NCBI GenBank assembly: GCA_002304945.1
Contig: DBPQ01000106.1
Coordinates: forward strand, 19,270-83,269
DNA from: Actinomycetales bacterium UBA1416
GTDB taxonomy: Bacteria; Actinomycetota; Actinomycetes; Actinomycetales; Actinomycetaceae
Length of the DNA stretch: 64,000 bases
Direction of reading: 5' to 3'
The notes beneath the pieces were generated by a model. That model was not told the DNA's origin. It made no database searches and saw only the letters and a list, made by a program, of their open reading frames with translations. Numbering within the stretch: the first letter of the stretch is position 1; each line of letters begins with the position of its first letter. The position numbers were made by a program, and so were the translations under genes. Below, piece by piece: positions 8,502 to 24,294 of this stretch.

Positions 8502-8870
8502 TCAGGCGCCGGCGATGGCGAAGAACATCGGGCTGAAGTAGGGAATGAGCCACACCGCCCAGACGAACACGCTGAAGCGGTGGAACCTCGTGAGCGCCTC
8601 CTCGTCCTGCCTGCGGAGCACAACGAACGCCCACGCCGCGTGCACCACCATCAGCAGGATGGCGATGAGGCCCGAGATGCCGTGCACGTCTGCGGTCATG
8701 CCACCCACGTACTCGAACATGAGGCCGGTCCCGAGGGTGTCGAACGCGAGCCCGAGCACGAAAAAGGCGAAGTGCCACCACTTCAGCCGCTTCTGGAGGC
8801 GTTCCGACCACACGCCGATGGTGTAGGACACGAGCGCGAGGGTGATGAAGGTGCTTGCCAGGGGGCTCAC
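8502..8870 (-). CDS. small 4-TM membrane protein (HsmA/TIGR03987-like, from memory)
   Basis: ORF 8502..8870, with four hydrophobic spans and clean G/C third positions. Confidence 0.7.
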   Translation of the reverse strand: MSPLASTFITLALVSYTIGVWSERLQKRLKWWHFAFFVLGLAFDTLGTGLMFEYVGGMTADVHGISGLIAILLMVVHAAWAFVVLRRQDEEALTRFHRFSVFVWAVWLIPYFSPMFFAIAGA

Positions 8871-8882
8871 GGGACGTTCCGA

Positions 8883-9341
8883 TCAGTAGGTCAACCAGAT
8901 CTTGAACCACACGACCGCGAACGCCGCGATCGCCACCGCGAGCGCGATTCCCGCCGACCGGCCGCGACTCTCTCCCCGCTGCCGCGCGATCGCGTACCCC
9001 GTCAGAGCGGGAATGGCCGCCAACAGCCACAGGGTGGCGGTGAGCGCCAGGTTCATCCGATCGATCACGATGAAGGGCACCACGGCCACGGCCGCCACCG
9101 CCAACCCGCCCGCCAGCTGGGCGACACCCTCCTTGACGAGCATGGCGTCGAGGTCCGCCCGATCGACCAGTTGCACCGCGAGGCTGAACGCCAGCCAGTG
9201 CATCAGCAGGAGGCCGACGGCGATCCCGAACACCTCCGCCACCACGATCCACTTCGAGGGCAGGAGTTCCGAAGGGATGATGAGCGCGGTCGCCCACAGC
9301 GCCAGGGCGAGGTAGAGCGCCGAGACCACGAACTCCCGCAT
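8883..9341 (-). CDS. 4-TM membrane protein, function unknown
   Basis: Internal ATG 9341 of ORF 8883..9494 (MREFVVSALYLALALW...). The upstream 51 codons are Arg-rich and not protein-like. Confidence 0.6.
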   Translation of the reverse strand: MREFVVSALYLALALWATALIIPSELLPSKWIVVAEVFGIAVGLLLMHWLAFSLAVQLVDRADLDAMLVKEGVAQLAGGLAVAAVAVVPFIVIDRMNLALTATLWLLAAIPALTGYAIARQRGESRGRSAGIALAVAIAAFAVVWFKIWLTY

Positions 9342-9396
9342 CAGCACGGTCTTCTCGTCCTGCGCGCCTGCGGCCACCACGGCCTCCCATGCTCGG

Positions 9397-9417
9397 CGAC
9401 CCGGCGGCACCGGGTCG
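9397..9417. promoter_or_regulatory. 8-bp inverted repeat in divergent gap (CGACCCGG cggca CCGGGTCG)
   Basis: Lies between the membrane gene start (9341, minus) and the K+ channel start (9439, plus). Either an operator or a 5'-UTR hairpin. Confidence 0.3.
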
Positions 9418-9438
9418 GACAAGCAGCACGGTACCGCC

Positions 9439-9717
9439 TTGCCCCTGCGCGCGGACCGGGAGTCGCGGCCCGCCCTCACGTGGGCCGCCATCACCCTCCT
9501 GTCCGGGACGGTGGCCTACTCCCTGCTGGAGGGATGGAGCCTGCTGGACTCGCTCTACTTCTCCGTGATCAGCCTCGCCACAGTGGGATACGGGGACCTC
9601 GCCCCGACCACGCCCCTGTCCAAGGTGTTCACCGTCTTCTACGTCCTCAACGGGATCGCGATCCTGTTGTCCCTCTTCGACCGGATCCGCGCTGTCCGGG
9701 CCGGCTCCCGGGACTAG
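9439..9717 (+). CDS. minimal two-TM potassium channel (pore module only, about 92 aa)
   Basis: ORF 9439..9717 with a TTG start that is uncertain. M1 (LTWAAITLLSGTVAYSLL), pore helix plus filter SLYFSVISLATVGYGDLAP, and M2 (VFTVFYVLNGIAILLSLF). No cytoplasmic domain. Confidence 0.75.
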   Translation: MPLRADRESRPALTWAAITLLSGTVAYSLLEGWSLLDSLYFSVISLATVGYGDLAPTTPLSKVFTVFYVLNGIAILLSLFDRIRAVRAGSRD

Positions 9718-10714
9718 CGCCCGAGGGTCGTGACGATCGCCCGGTACTGGGCCCGTTCGAACCCGGCCGGGTCCGGCACCGAGGCGGCGGACATGCTGCC
9801 CTGGAGCTGCCGCACCGAGTCGTACTCGTTGGCCTCGAGCCACTCCCGCACCTCAGCGAGCATCCGGGTCACGTTGCCCGGGCCCCGCCGCAGCACCGAC
9901 GACGTCGTGCACGCCACGTCCGCCCCCACGAGCAGCGCCTTCAGGACGTCCGCCCCGGTGTGCACACCCGAGGTGGCGGCGAGCGACGTGCCCGGCAGCT
10001 GGGACCGCAGGATGCCGAGCCAGCGCAGGGGCAGGCGGAGGTCGTCGCTCTCGGAGAGCGTCAGAGCCGGCTGCACGGTCAGGGACCCGAGGTCGATATC
10101 CGGGGCGTAGAACCGGTTGAACAGCACCAGCCCGTCCGCACCGCGCGACACCACGGCGGCGGCGAAATGGGCCACGGACGTGTAGAACGGCGAGAGCTTG
10201 ACGGCGAACGGCACGCCCACCGCCGCGCGCACCGCACTGACGACGTCGAGCTTCTGCGCCTCCACCTCGGCCGCCGGCACCTGTGCGTCGGCGGCCACGG
10301 CGTACATGTTCAGCTCGATGGCGTCGGCGCCGGCCTCCACCAGGAGGGCGGCGTACCGTTCCCACCCGCCGGTGCCCGTTGCGTTCACGCTGGCGATCAC
10401 CGGGATCCCGAGGGCCTCTTTCGCCCGTTTCACGAGCCGGACGTGCCGTTCCGGGCCCATCACGTATCCCTCGGCCGCCTCCGACAGCGGCGCGGACGCG
10501 AACTCGGCGAAACCCTCGCCGTCGTCGAGGAGGTCGGCGAGGCGGAGCTCCTCCTCGATCACGTCCTCCTCGAACAGGGACGGCAGGACGACGGCGGCCG
10601 CGCCGGCGTCCTCGAGCGCCCGGAGTCCGTCGAGGGTGCCGGTGAGGGGACCGGCGGAGGCGACCACGGGCCCCGCCAGCTCGAGCCCGAGGTAGCGCGT
10701 CGTCAGGTCGGCGG

Positions 10715-10718
<4 letters not shown>
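9714..10718 (-). CDS. dihydroorotate-dehydrogenase-like FMN TIM-barrel protein lacking the catalytic Cys/Ser
   Basis: Internal ATG 10718 of ORF 9714..10778 (MTADLTTRYLGLELAGPVV...). The start overlaps the PFOR stop (ATGA). Class-1 DHODH-like throughout, with the FMN tail TSGVHTGADVLKALLVGADV. The NLSCPN loop reads ELNMYAVA (10296..10316). Confidence 0.85.
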
Positions 10719-14296
<3,578 letters not shown>

Positions 14297-14349
14297 TGTC
14301 GCCCGCCTTCCGTCGTCGGAGCCAGACTACGACGTGCTGGAATGGGGGA

Positions 14350-15642
14350 GTGAACGCCTCAGCCTGGTACCACCGCCTCGTCAAGCCCGATTCCGCCGCC
14401 GAGGCCGAGTTGGGCGGCGTGGAGCGGGTTGCCCCGAACGGACTGCGACAGCTCGCCGCGGGTGCGCTGCAGAGTGCCGGCGATCAGGTGGTGAACGCGA
14501 AGACGGTGCTGCCGTGGCTGCTCCAGGCGGTCGGAGCGCCCGTGGCCCTCGTCGGCCTCCTCGTGCCCATCCGCGAGTCCGGGTCCATGCTGCCGCAGGC
14601 GGCCCTCACGCCGTGGGTGCTCGCCCGGCCCCGGCGCGCCCGCGTGTGGATGGCCGGCGCCACCGGGCAAGGCCTGGCCACCCTCGCGATGGCCGCCGCC
14701 GCCGCGTTCCTCGACGGCGTGGCCGCCGGCGTCGTCGTCCTGGCCGCCCTCGCCGCGTTCGCGCTCTCCCGGGCGCTGTGCTCGATGGCCTCGAAGGACG
14801 TCCAGGGGCGCACGATCCCCAAGGGTCAGCGTGGCCAGATCACCGGTGCCTCGACGGCGGTCTCCGGGGTCGTCGCGATCGCCGTCGGCCTGGCGCTGCG
14901 GGCGATCGGGCCGGGCGTCCCTCCCGGCGTCCTCGCCGCCTTCCTCGCCGGCGCCGCCCTCACGTGGTTCGCCGGGGTGGTGCTGTACGCCGGGATCGAG
15001 GAACCCGCACCGGACGGGCCGAAGGGCAGCGAGGGAACGTCCTGGTGGCGGGACGCCCGGGCCCTGCTCGCCGAGGACGCGCCGTTCCGCCGCTTCGTCA
15101 CCGTCCGTGCCCTCCTGCTGGTCTCCGCCCTCACCCCACCGTTCCTCGTGACGCTCTCGGCCCGCAGCGACACCGGACTCCTCAGCGGGCTCGGCGCGTT
15201 CGTGATCGCGCAGGGTCTCGCCTCCGTCCTCGGGGGCCGGGTGTTCGGGCGGCTGGCGGACCGGTCGAGCAGGTGGGTACTGACGGCGGGCGCGGCCGCG
15301 GCGTCGCTGGTGGTCCTCGCCGTCGTCGCCCTCGTCTCGCTCCTTGAGACGGAGACCGTGGGCTGGGTGCTCACGGTCGCGTACTTCCTCATCAGCCTGA
15401 TCCACGTCGGCGTCCGCGTGGCCCGCAAGGCGTACGTCGTCGACATGGCGGAGGGGGACCAGCGCACGCGGTACGTGGCGGTCGCCAACACGTCGATGGG
15501 CGTGATGCTGCTGGTCACGGGCGCGGTGAGCGCCGCCATCGCCACCTTCGGCGAACTCGCGGCGCTCACGTTCCTGGCGCTCCTGGGCCTCCTGGGCGCC
15601 GCGCTGGGCCGGACGCTGCCGGAGGTCTCCCGCCGTGGGTGA
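14350..15642 (+). CDS. MFS-type transporter
   Basis: Tail of ORF 14296..15642. About 12 hydrophobic spans. The start is uncertain (GTG 14350, TTG 14410 or GTG 14419). Divergent from nifJ. Confidence 0.75.
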   Translation: MNASAWYHRLVKPDSAAEAELGGVERVAPNGLRQLAAGALQSAGDQVVNAKTVLPWLLQAVGAPVALVGLLVPIRESGSMLPQAALTPWVLARPRRARVWMAGATGQGLATLAMAAAAAFLDGVAAGVVVLAALAAFALSRALCSMASKDVQGRTIPKGQRGQITGASTAVSGVVAIAVGLALRAIGPGVPPGVLAAFLAGAALTWFAGVVLYAGIEEPAPDGPKGSEGTSWWRDARALLAEDAPFRRFVTVRALLLVSALTPPFLVTLSARSDTGLLSGLGAFVIAQGLASVLGGRVFGRLADRSSRWVLTAGAAAASLVVLAVVALVSLLETETVGWVLTVAYFLISLIHVGVRVARKAYVVDMAEGDQRTRYVAVANTSMGVMLLVTGAVSAAIATFGELAALTFLALLGLLGAALGRTLPEVSRRG

Positions 15643-17127
<1,485 letters not shown>

Positions 17128-17142
17128 CGCCATACTGGGGTG

Positions 17143-18288
17143 ATGGCTGACCTCCTCACCCTCGGCGTCCTCGGTACCTCCAGCAAGGAGAACGAGTTCC
17201 GCCTCCCGATCCACCCGCAGCACGTGCAGCGCATCGAGGAGGACCTGGCCCGCAGCATGATCGTGGAGCGGGGGTACGGTGAACGGTTCGGGGTGTCCGA
17301 CGCGCACCTCGCCGAGCACGTCGCGGCCGTCCTGCCGCGCACGGAGGTCATGGAGCGGGCGGACGTCGTGCTGCTGCCGAAGCCGGTCCTCGCGGACATC
17401 CAGGCGATGCGGGAGGGCAAGGTGTTGTGGGGCTGGCCGCACGCGGTGCAGGACCCGGATCTCACCCAGCTCGCCATCGACAGGTCTCTCACCCTCATCG
17501 CGTGGGAGGCCATGAATCACTGGACCGCCGACGGCGACTACATGGCGCACGTGTTCCACCGCAACAACGAGCTCGCCGGCTACTGCTCCGTGCTGCACGC
17601 CCTCACCCTGAAGGGAACCACCGGCCACTACGGCAGGCGCCTCCGCGCGGTGGTCATCGGGTTCGGGAACACCGCACGCGGGGCGATCACCGCCCTCCAG
17701 TCGCTCGGGATCCACGACGTCACCGTGCTGACCACCCGGGAGGTGACCGCGGTCGCCGCCCCGGTCCCGGGGATCCAGCTCGAGCACATGGACAGGCGCG
17801 CCGAGGACCCGGGCCGCACCGTCGTCGCCACCGAGGAGGGAACCGTTGCGACCCACGAGGTGCTCGCGGGGTACGACGTCGTCGTCAACTGCGTCCTCCA
17901 GGACACCGACGCCCCGCTCATGTTCGTGACCGAGGAGGAGCTGACGGCGTTCGAGCCGGGTGCCCTGCTCGTGGACGTGTCCTGCGACCTCGGGATGGGC
18001 TTCGCGTTCGCCCGGCCGACGTCCTTCGAGGACCCGATCCTCGAGGTGGGGGACGGGGTGACCTACTACGGGGTGGATCACAGCCCCACCTACCTGTGGA
18101 ACTCGGCCACCTGGGACATCAGCGAGGCCCTCCTGCCCCACCTGCGCAGCGTCCTGCGCGGACCGGCGGGTTGGGACGAGGACGTGACGATCCGGCGGGC
18201 CATCGAGATCCGCGAGGGCGTCATCCAGAATCCCAAGATCCTGTCCTTCCAGGGCCGGGCCGCCCACCACCCCCACCCGCCGATCTGA
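17143..18288 (+). CDS. alanine-dehydrogenase/PNT-fold enzyme, N5-(carboxyethyl)ornithine synthase-like
   Basis: ORF 17140..18288 (ATG at 17143), 12-15 nt after the argG stop. Rossmann motif VVIGFGNTARGA. Family assignment is from memory of similarly annotated actinobacterial proteins. Confidence 0.7.
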   Translation: MADLLTLGVLGTSSKENEFRLPIHPQHVQRIEEDLARSMIVERGYGERFGVSDAHLAEHVAAVLPRTEVMERADVVLLPKPVLADIQAMREGKVLWGWPHAVQDPDLTQLAIDRSLTLIAWEAMNHWTADGDYMAHVFHRNNELAGYCSVLHALTLKGTTGHYGRRLRAVVIGFGNTARGAITALQSLGIHDVTVLTTREVTAVAAPVPGIQLEHMDRRAEDPGRTVVATEEGTVATHEVLAGYDVVVNCVLQDTDAPLMFVTEEELTAFEPGALLVDVSCDLGMGFAFARPTSFEDPILEVGDGVTYYGVDHSPTYLWNSATWDISEALLPHLRSVLRGPAGWDEDVTIRRAIEIREGVIQNPKILSFQGRAAHHPHPPI

Positions 18289-18343
18289 TCGGCCGGCATG
18301 GCCTCGGGTAGGCTCGTCGGGTTCTTCTCGTGAAGGGGTGAGG

Positions 18344-19354
18344 ATGTTCGGACTCGACATCACCGACTGGGGTACGTGGGCGCTCCTGGTGGTCGGCGGA
18401 GGCGTCGCCGGCTGGGTGCTGGGACGGATCGCACGTACCGCACTGGCGAAGCTCAAGTGGGGAGGATTCGGGGCCATCGCCGCAGGCCTCGGCCGCTACC
18501 CCATCCTCTGGGGCGCGCTCGCCGGCGGTTTCGCCGCCCTCGAGGCGGTGGCGTGGAGCGACCGCATCGAGGACTGGATCCGGACCGCGCTCATCGTGCT
18601 GCTGGGAGCCTCCATCACCTTCGCGGTCGTCCGCGTCGCCGGCGGGCTCGCCAGGGTCTACTCCGCATCCCTCGAGGGCGGGGCCGCCTCGGCGAGCATC
18701 TTCCTCAACATCGTCCGGCTCGCCATCCTGGTCATCGGACTGCTCGCCGTCCTCAGCACACTGGGGATCTCCATCACCCCGATGCTCACCGCCCTCGGAG
18801 TCGGCGGTCTCGCGGTGGCGCTCGCCCTGCAGGACACTCTCAGCAACCTGTTCGCGGGCCTGCAGATCATCTCGAGCAAGATGGTCCGCGCGGGGGACTA
18901 CGTGGAACTCTCGTCCGGCGAGTCCGGGTTCGTGGAGGACGTCAACTGGCGCTACACCACGATCCGGCAGCTCGCCCGCAACATGGTGGTGGTCCCCAAC
19001 GCCACGCTCGCGAGCACGATCTTCACCAACCACAAGCTCCCGGCGGAGGACTTCGGGGTGTACATGTCCGTGGGCGTCGCGTACGACTCGGACCTCGATC
19101 TCGCGGAGCGGATCGCCAGGGAGGTCGCCACCGAGGTGATCGCGGAGTTCTCGCCCACGGTCCGGGACTTCGAGCCCTCCGCACGCTTCCACACCTTCGG
19201 CGACTCCTCGATCGACATGACCGTGGTGTTGCGGGCGGGCCAGTTCGACGACCAGTGGGAGATGCGCCATCAGTTCGTCAAGCGGCTGAAGCGGCGGTTC
19301 GACGAGGCGGGGATCGAGATCCCGTTCCCGCAGCGCGTGGTGCACACCGCCTGA
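18344..19354 (+). CDS. MscS-family mechanosensitive channel
   Basis: ORF 18338..19354 (ATG 18344 preceded by GAAGGGG). The pore-helix region LTALGVGGLAVALALQDTLSNLFAGLQI is followed by a beta-domain. Confidence 0.9.
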   Translation: MFGLDITDWGTWALLVVGGGVAGWVLGRIARTALAKLKWGGFGAIAAGLGRYPILWGALAGGFAALEAVAWSDRIEDWIRTALIVLLGASITFAVVRVAGGLARVYSASLEGGAASASIFLNIVRLAILVIGLLAVLSTLGISITPMLTALGVGGLAVALALQDTLSNLFAGLQIISSKMVRAGDYVELSSGESGFVEDVNWRYTTIRQLARNMVVVPNATLASTIFTNHKLPAEDFGVYMSVGVAYDSDLDLAERIAREVATEVIAEFSPTVRDFEPSARFHTFGDSSIDMTVVLRAGQFDDQWEMRHQFVKRLKRRFDEAGIEIPFPQRVVHTA

Positions 19355-19414
19355 GCGTCCCGCCGGGCGAAGGTCCCACCCACCCCCGATCGCACGCGGG
19401 CTAGACTGACCACG

Positions 19415-19442
19415 GTCCAGAGACGGAACCGTCCAGAGACGG
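19415..19442 (+). repeat. two 12-nt direct repeats GTCCAGAGACGG spaced 16 nt start-to-start
   Basis: 19415..19426 and 19431..19442 are identical. They end 20 nt before the GTG start of the gene at 19462. Confidence 0.6.
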
Positions 19443-19461
19443 GCGAGCGAAGAGGCGAGAC

Positions 19462-20238
19462 GTGGCAAAGCACCTGTACCTGTCCCTCATCCCCGAGGCA
19501 CTCATCGCCTCGATGCTCGAACCGGAGGCCTTCGGCAGCTACTACGCGGTGGGCATGCAGGCCCACGTGCGGGGCGAGGCGATGTTCTTCGAACTGGACC
19601 CGGACTACCGGTCGGACGAGTTCCCCTTCGGTCTCGTGGACGAGCGCCTCGTCATCCAGCCCAACGGTGCGCCGAAGCGCTCGCTGTACCTCTCGATCCA
19701 CCAGGTGCTCTCCCGGATCCCGGTGGCCGCCCTCGGGCACCTCTACCTGGTCACCACCGACGGCCGCACGCTCGAACTCCAGCGCTCCGAGTACACCCCC
19801 GAGCCGCGCCCCCGCCTGCACCTCTACCAGGAGTTCTGCCCCATCACCCCCATGGTGGTCAGCAAGCTGGACCCGCACGACTTCAGCAGGGCGATGACCG
19901 ACCCCGCCAACCCCATCCACGTTCCCCGGATCGTCTTCTCCGAGCTGCACCTCGGCGAGCTGGCGACCGACCCCCTCCGCGGGGCCGCCCACGACCTGCC
20001 CTACTCGAACATCGCCCACCTGCGTGACGTCCTCGTCGAGATGCAGGGCAACGAGACCAAGGCTGCCAAGCTGGTACTCAAGCAGGTCAAGGAGGGCGTG
20101 CTGTACCGGATGGTGCAGGGCGGCTTCTACGTCGGGGATCAGACCGATTTCGCCTTCTACCGCTTCCCGAGCCGCGACGAGCTCGAGAACGAGCACCGCG
20201 GATGGTGGCGGTCCGCACAGGTCATGTCGCTGGAGTGA
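19462..20238 (+). CDS. conserved-looking hypothetical protein (258 aa), no family recognised
   Basis: ORF 19462..20238 with a GTG start. Globular, non-repetitive sequence with strong G/C third positions. 64 nt upstream of hppA on the same strand. Confidence 0.75.
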   Translation: MAKHLYLSLIPEALIASMLEPEAFGSYYAVGMQAHVRGEAMFFELDPDYRSDEFPFGLVDERLVIQPNGAPKRSLYLSIHQVLSRIPVAALGHLYLVTTDGRTLELQRSEYTPEPRPRLHLYQEFCPITPMVVSKLDPHDFSRAMTDPANPIHVPRIVFSELHLGELATDPLRGAAHDLPYSNIAHLRDVLVEMQGNETKAAKLVLKQVKEGVLYRMVQGGFYVGDQTDFAFYRFPSRDELENEHRGWWRSAQVMSLE

Positions 20239-20302
20239 GCCCCGCCGGCACGCCGGCCGACCGGACTCCCGCGAGTCGAGTTTCAACCCCCCTGGAGTGA
20301 GA

Positions 20303-22501
20303 ATGAACGAGCCAGTCTTCTGGATCGCGCCCATCGCGGCACTGCTGGCCCTGGCCTTCGCCCTGGTGTTCTACCGCGGCATGGTGGCGCAGGACGAGGG
20401 CACCCCGAAGATGATTGAGATCGGCGACCACGTCCGCCGCGGCGCCATGGCCTACCTACGCCAGCAGTACAAGGTCATGGGCATCGCCTTCGCGGGTCTC
20501 GCCGTGGTCTTCGCGATCCTCGCCTGGGGTCTGAACGCCCAGAGCGACTGGCTGCCGTTCACGTTCCTGGCCGGTGGGCTGTTCTCCGCCCTCGCGGGCT
20601 TCTTCGGCATGCAGACCGCGACCCGGGCCTCCACCCGCACCGCGGCCGCCGCGCGCACCTCCCTGCCGAATGCGCTCAAGGTCGCCTTCCGCAGCGGTGC
20701 GGTCATGGGCCTCGTGGTCGTTGGCCTCGGGCTCGGCAACATCGTGTTGTGGTTCGCCCTCGCCAACGCCCTCATCCCCGAGGGCAACGACGGTGAAGGC
20801 GTCCGGATGGTCCTCATCACGACGACGGTGCTCACCTTCGGCGTCGGGGCCTCCCTCCAGGCAATGTTCGCCCGTGTGGGCGGCGGCATCTTCACCAAGG
20901 CCGCCGACGTCGGTGCCGACCTCGTCGGGAAGGTCGAGTCCGGCATCCCGGAGGACGACCCCCGCAACCCCGCGGTCATCGCCGACAACGTGGGTGACAA
21001 CGTGGGCGACGTCGCCGGGATGGGTGCCGACCTGTTCGAGTCCTACGTAGGCGCGATCCTCGCCGCCAGCGCCCTGGGCGCGGCCGCCTTCGTGGCAGAG
21101 CCGGCCCTGCAGATCAAGGCGGTCGTCGCGCCCATGGCCATCGCGGGCCTGGGAATCCTCCTGTCCATCGCCGGCGTCTACCTGGTGAGCACCAAGGAGG
21201 GTGCCACGCAGAAGGACCTGCTCGCCTCGCTGTCCCGCGGCGTCAACGTCTCGAGTGCCCTCATCGTCGTGGCGGTCGCCGGCCTGCTGTGGCTCCTCGA
21301 CGTGCCGAACGTGTGGGGGATGTGGGGCGCCGTCGTCGCCGGCCTGGTGACGGGCATCGTCGTCGGCCGGGCCACCGAGTACTCCACCTCCGCCAGCTAC
21401 CGGCCCACGCAGCTCATCGCGAACCAGGCCGAGGGCGGCCCCGCCACGCTCGTGATCGCCGGGGTGGGCGTTGGCATGCTCTCCACCTCTGTGCCGGTCC
21501 TCGCGGTGTCGGCCGGGACCATGCTGTCCTTCCTGTTCGCCTCCGGCTTCGACCTGTCCCAGATGAACCTGGGCCTGTACGGCGTGGCGATCGCCGCGGT
21601 CGGCATGCTCTCCACGCTCGGCATCACGCTGGCGTCGGACGCCTACGGCCCCATCGCCGACAACGCCGGCGGCAACGCGGAGATGAGCGGACTCGGCTCC
21701 GAGGTGCGCGCACGCACCGACGCCCTCGACTCCCTGGGCAACACCACCGCCGCCACCGGCAAGGGCTTCGCGATCGGCTCCGCCGCCCTCACCGCGCTGG
21801 CGCTCATCGCCTCCTACCTCGAGGTGATCCGCATCGAACTGGTGCGCACCGGAGAGACCGTGCTCGAACTGGACCACGGTGCCACCATCACGACCGCGGA
21901 GGCGACCCTCAACGACTTCATCGACTACTTCAACGTCAACCTGCTGAACCCGGCCGTGCTCGTCGGCGTGCTCCTCGGCGCGATGGTGGCGTTCACGTTC
22001 TCCGGGCTCACCGTCCAGGCGGTCGGGCGCGCGGCGATCCTCATGGTGGAGGAGGTGCGCCGCCAGTTCCGGGAGGACCCGGGCATCCTGCAGGGCAAGT
22101 CCCAGCCGGACTACGAGCGGTGCGTCGCCATCTCCACCGTGGGCGCGCAGCGCGAGATGATCCTGCCGGCCGTGCTGTCGGTGGCCACACCGGTCGTGGT
22201 GGGGCTCCTCCTGGGCGTCGCAGGCGTGATCGGTCTCCTCATGGGCGGGCTGTCCGCCGGCTTCGCCCTGGCGATCTTCCTCTCCAACTCGGGCGGCGCG
22301 TGGGACAACGCGAAGAAGTACATCGAGGAGGGCCACCACGGCGGCAAGAACTCCCGCGCCCACCGCGCCGCGGTCATCGGGGACACCGTCGGCGACCCGT
22401 TCAAGGACACCTCGGGACCGAGCCTCAACATCCAGATCAAGCTGATGAGCATCGTCGCTATCGTGATGGCAGGCGTGACCATCTCCTTCGGGCTGCTCTA
22501 G
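20303..22501 (+). CDS. hppA: membrane-integral pyrophosphate-energised pump, K+-dependent signature
   Basis: In-frame ATG 20303 of ORF 20024..22501. [21 protein letters not shown] and [17 protein letters not shown]. The [10 protein letters not shown] motif has Ala (not Lys) at the K+-dependence position. Confidence 0.95.
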   Translation: MNEPVFWIAPIAALLALAFALVFYRGMVAQDEGTPKMIEIGDHVRRGAMAYLRQQYKVMGIAFAGLAVVFAILAWGLNAQSDWLPFTFLAGGLFSALAGFFGMQTATRASTRTAAAARTSLPNALKVAFRSGAVMGLVVVGLGLGNIVLWFALANALIPEGNDGEGVRMVLITTTVLTFGVGASLQAMFARVGGGIFTKAADVGADLVGKVESGIPEDDPRNPAVIADNVGDNVGDVAGMGADLFESYVGAILAASALGAAAFVAEPALQIKAVVAPMAIAGLGILLSIAGVYLVSTKEGATQKDLLASLSRGVNVSSALIVVAVAGLLWLLDVPNVWGMWGAVVAGLVTGIVVGRATEYSTSASYRPTQLIANQAEGGPATLVIAGVGVGMLSTSVPVLAVSAGTMLSFLFASGFDLSQMNLGLYGVAIAAVGMLSTLGITLASDAYGPIADNAGGNAEMSGLGSEVRARTDALDSLGNTTAATGKGFAIGSAALTALALIASYLEVIRIELVRTGETVLELDHGATITTAEATLNDFIDYFNVNLLNPAVLVGVLLGAMVAFTFSGLTVQAVGRAAILMVEEVRRQFREDPGILQGKSQPDYERCVAISTVGAQREMILPAVLSVATPVVVGLLLGVAGVIGLLMGGLSAGFALAIFLSNSGGAWDNAKKYIEEGHHGGKNSRAHRAAVIGDTVGDPFKDTSGPSLNIQIKLMSIVAIVMAGVTISFGLL

Positions 22502-23445
22502 CGCCCCTTGCGACCCTTCCGGTCCGCACGGTCCTCCCGGGCGGTGCGGACCACCAGGGCGCCGGGGCGCACCTCGCAGGCCATGGAGCGCACCTGACCG
22601 ATCGCGTCGCCGTCGAGTTCCCCCTCGACCGGCCGGTCCAGGTTCACCTCGACGCGCTCCCCGGTGAGGCGGCGGAGCGACTCGTGCCCGCGCCGGTTGC
22701 GGGTGATCAGGCTGAGGAGTGCGGCACCCCAACCCAGCACCCCCCGCGGTGCCAGCATGACGGCGTCGAGGATCCCGTCATCGAGCACGGCGTCCGGCAT
22801 GAGCTCGGCACCGCCCGTGAGCTCGCCGCAGTTCCCCACCACCACCATGCGGGCGTGCTGGCTGAGCTCGAGGTCCGCCCCGGAGGTCACCGTCACCCGG
22901 AAGCCGCGGTGCACCAGCGCCTTCGCGCCGGACACCAGGTAGGCCACCCACCCGACCGTGTTCTTCAGCTTCTCGTCAGCGTTCGCCATGGTGTCCGCGT
23001 CGACGCCGACGCCGGCCATCACGAGGAACACCTCGGGCTCCCGGTCGTCGAACGTCACCATGCCCACGTCCACGGAACGCTGGTCACCGGTCAGGACCAC
23101 CTCGAGGGCCTCGTCCAGCCTGTCGACCGGCAGGAGCAGATTCCGGGCGAGCAGGTTGCCCGTCCCTCCCGGGAGGAGACCGATGGGCACCCCGGTGTCG
23201 ACGAGCGCGCTCGCGACGGCGCGGACCGTGCCGTCCCCGCCGAGCGGGCACACGATCGTGGCACCCTCCTCCATGGCCTGGCGGGCCTGCCCAGTCCCGG
23301 GGTCCTCGACCGTCGTCTCGTACCAGGAGGCCTCCGGCCAGCCCGCGTCCGCACAGGCGGCGGCGACCTGCTTCCGCACCTTGGTGAGGTCCTCGAACTT
23401 GGAGGGGTTCACGACGACGGCGAGCCTGCCGGGGGATTCGGTCAT
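22498..23445 (-). CDS. diacylglycerol/lipid kinase family protein
   Basis: ORF 22498..23445. GGDGT motif ([10 protein letters not shown]) and [13 protein letters not shown]. Its TAG stop overlaps the hppA TAG on the other strand (CTAG). Confidence 0.85.
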   Translation of the reverse strand: MTESPGRLAVVVNPSKFEDLTKVRKQVAAACADAGWPEASWYETTVEDPGTGQARQAMEEGATIVCPLGGDGTVRAVASALVDTGVPIGLLPGGTGNLLARNLLLPVDRLDEALEVVLTGDQRSVDVGMVTFDDREPEVFLVMAGVGVDADTMANADEKLKNTVGWVAYLVSGAKALVHRGFRVTVTSGADLELSQHARMVVVGNCGELTGGAELMPDAVLDDGILDAVMLAPRGVLGWGAALLSLITRNRRGHESLRRLTGERVEVNLDRPVEGELDGDAIGQVRSMACEVRPGALVVRTAREDRADRKGRKGR

Positions 23446-23454
23446 GGCCCCAGA

Positions 23455-24291
23455 CTAGTGAGTACGGCTGTCCCAGTGCGCGCCGAGCCGCAGTGCGCGG
23501 GAGTCCGGGCCGTGGCCGAAGTCGCGGGTGACCGCCACCGGCACGTGGGGCGGCACGACCTCCAGGGCGATCCGTGCCGCCGCGTCCTCACCCTGCTCGC
23601 GTTCCAGGGCGGTGAAGGTCCCGAGGAGCACACCAGCGACCACGTCGAGCACACCCATCTGCCGCAACTGGTGGAGCCCGGCCTGCACGGCCCGCGCACC
23701 CGCCCCCAGGCTCTCCAGGGCGAGGACGGCGCCGCGTGGCTCCGGCAGGTGGGGCGTGCCGGCCAGCTTGAGGAGGCAGCGGAGGTTGCCTCCGATCATC
23801 GGTCCGGCCATGGCCTCACCACGGACCATGACCGTGCGAAGCCGGAACAGGTCGTCCGCGTCCCCGAGGACGGAGGCGCGGAACCGGGCGACCTGGGCGG
23901 CGCCGTCGGAACGCACGAGGTTCCGCGGGGACCAGAGGTGGGTGGTCCGGCCGGTGCGGGCGTGGAGCGCGTTGGCAAGGGTGGTGAGGTCGGAGTAGCC
24001 GAAGAAGGGCGGCCGGGTGGCAGCCTCGAGGTCGAGGTGCGTGAGCACCCCGCCAGCGAGGTCGCCGCCGGAGACGTCGAGCACGGCCGCGATGCCCGGG
24101 TCGCGGCCGAACGCCTCCAGGACGGCCGCCCGCCCGGCGACGTCACGGTCGTCGAACAGGAGGGGGCTCTCGGTGACGGCGAGACCGATGTCCGCCAGAG
24201 CCGCGTGCAGCCGGGCGAGTTCAGGCTCGTCCCGTTTCGTGAGGCCGTCCGAGCAGGCGACGAGGGCGACCCGGTCACCGGGCCGCAGCAC
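23455..24291 (-). CDS. LD-carboxypeptidase (peptidase S66)
   Basis: ORF 23455..24291 with a GTG start. Nucleophile context FFGYSDLTTL and a C-terminal FGHG motif. Confidence 0.8.
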   Translation of the reverse strand: MLRPGDRVALVACSDGLTKRDEPELARLHAALADIGLAVTESPLLFDDRDVAGRAAVLEAFGRDPGIAAVLDVSGGDLAGGVLTHLDLEAATRPPFFGYSDLTTLANALHARTGRTTHLWSPRNLVRSDGAAQVARFRASVLGDADDLFRLRTVMVRGEAMAGPMIGGNLRCLLKLAGTPHLPEPRGAVLALESLGAGARAVQAGLHQLRQMGVLDVVAGVLLGTFTALEREQGEDAAARIALEVVPPHVPVAVTRDFGHGPDSRALRLGAHWDSRTH

Positions 24292-24294
24292 GGT

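Noticed and set aside
22700-22707. Extra CGGGTGAT half-sites (also 58229..58236) as further operator copies
   Set aside because: Both are inside coding regions and lack the partner half (CACCCG) at the correct spacing.
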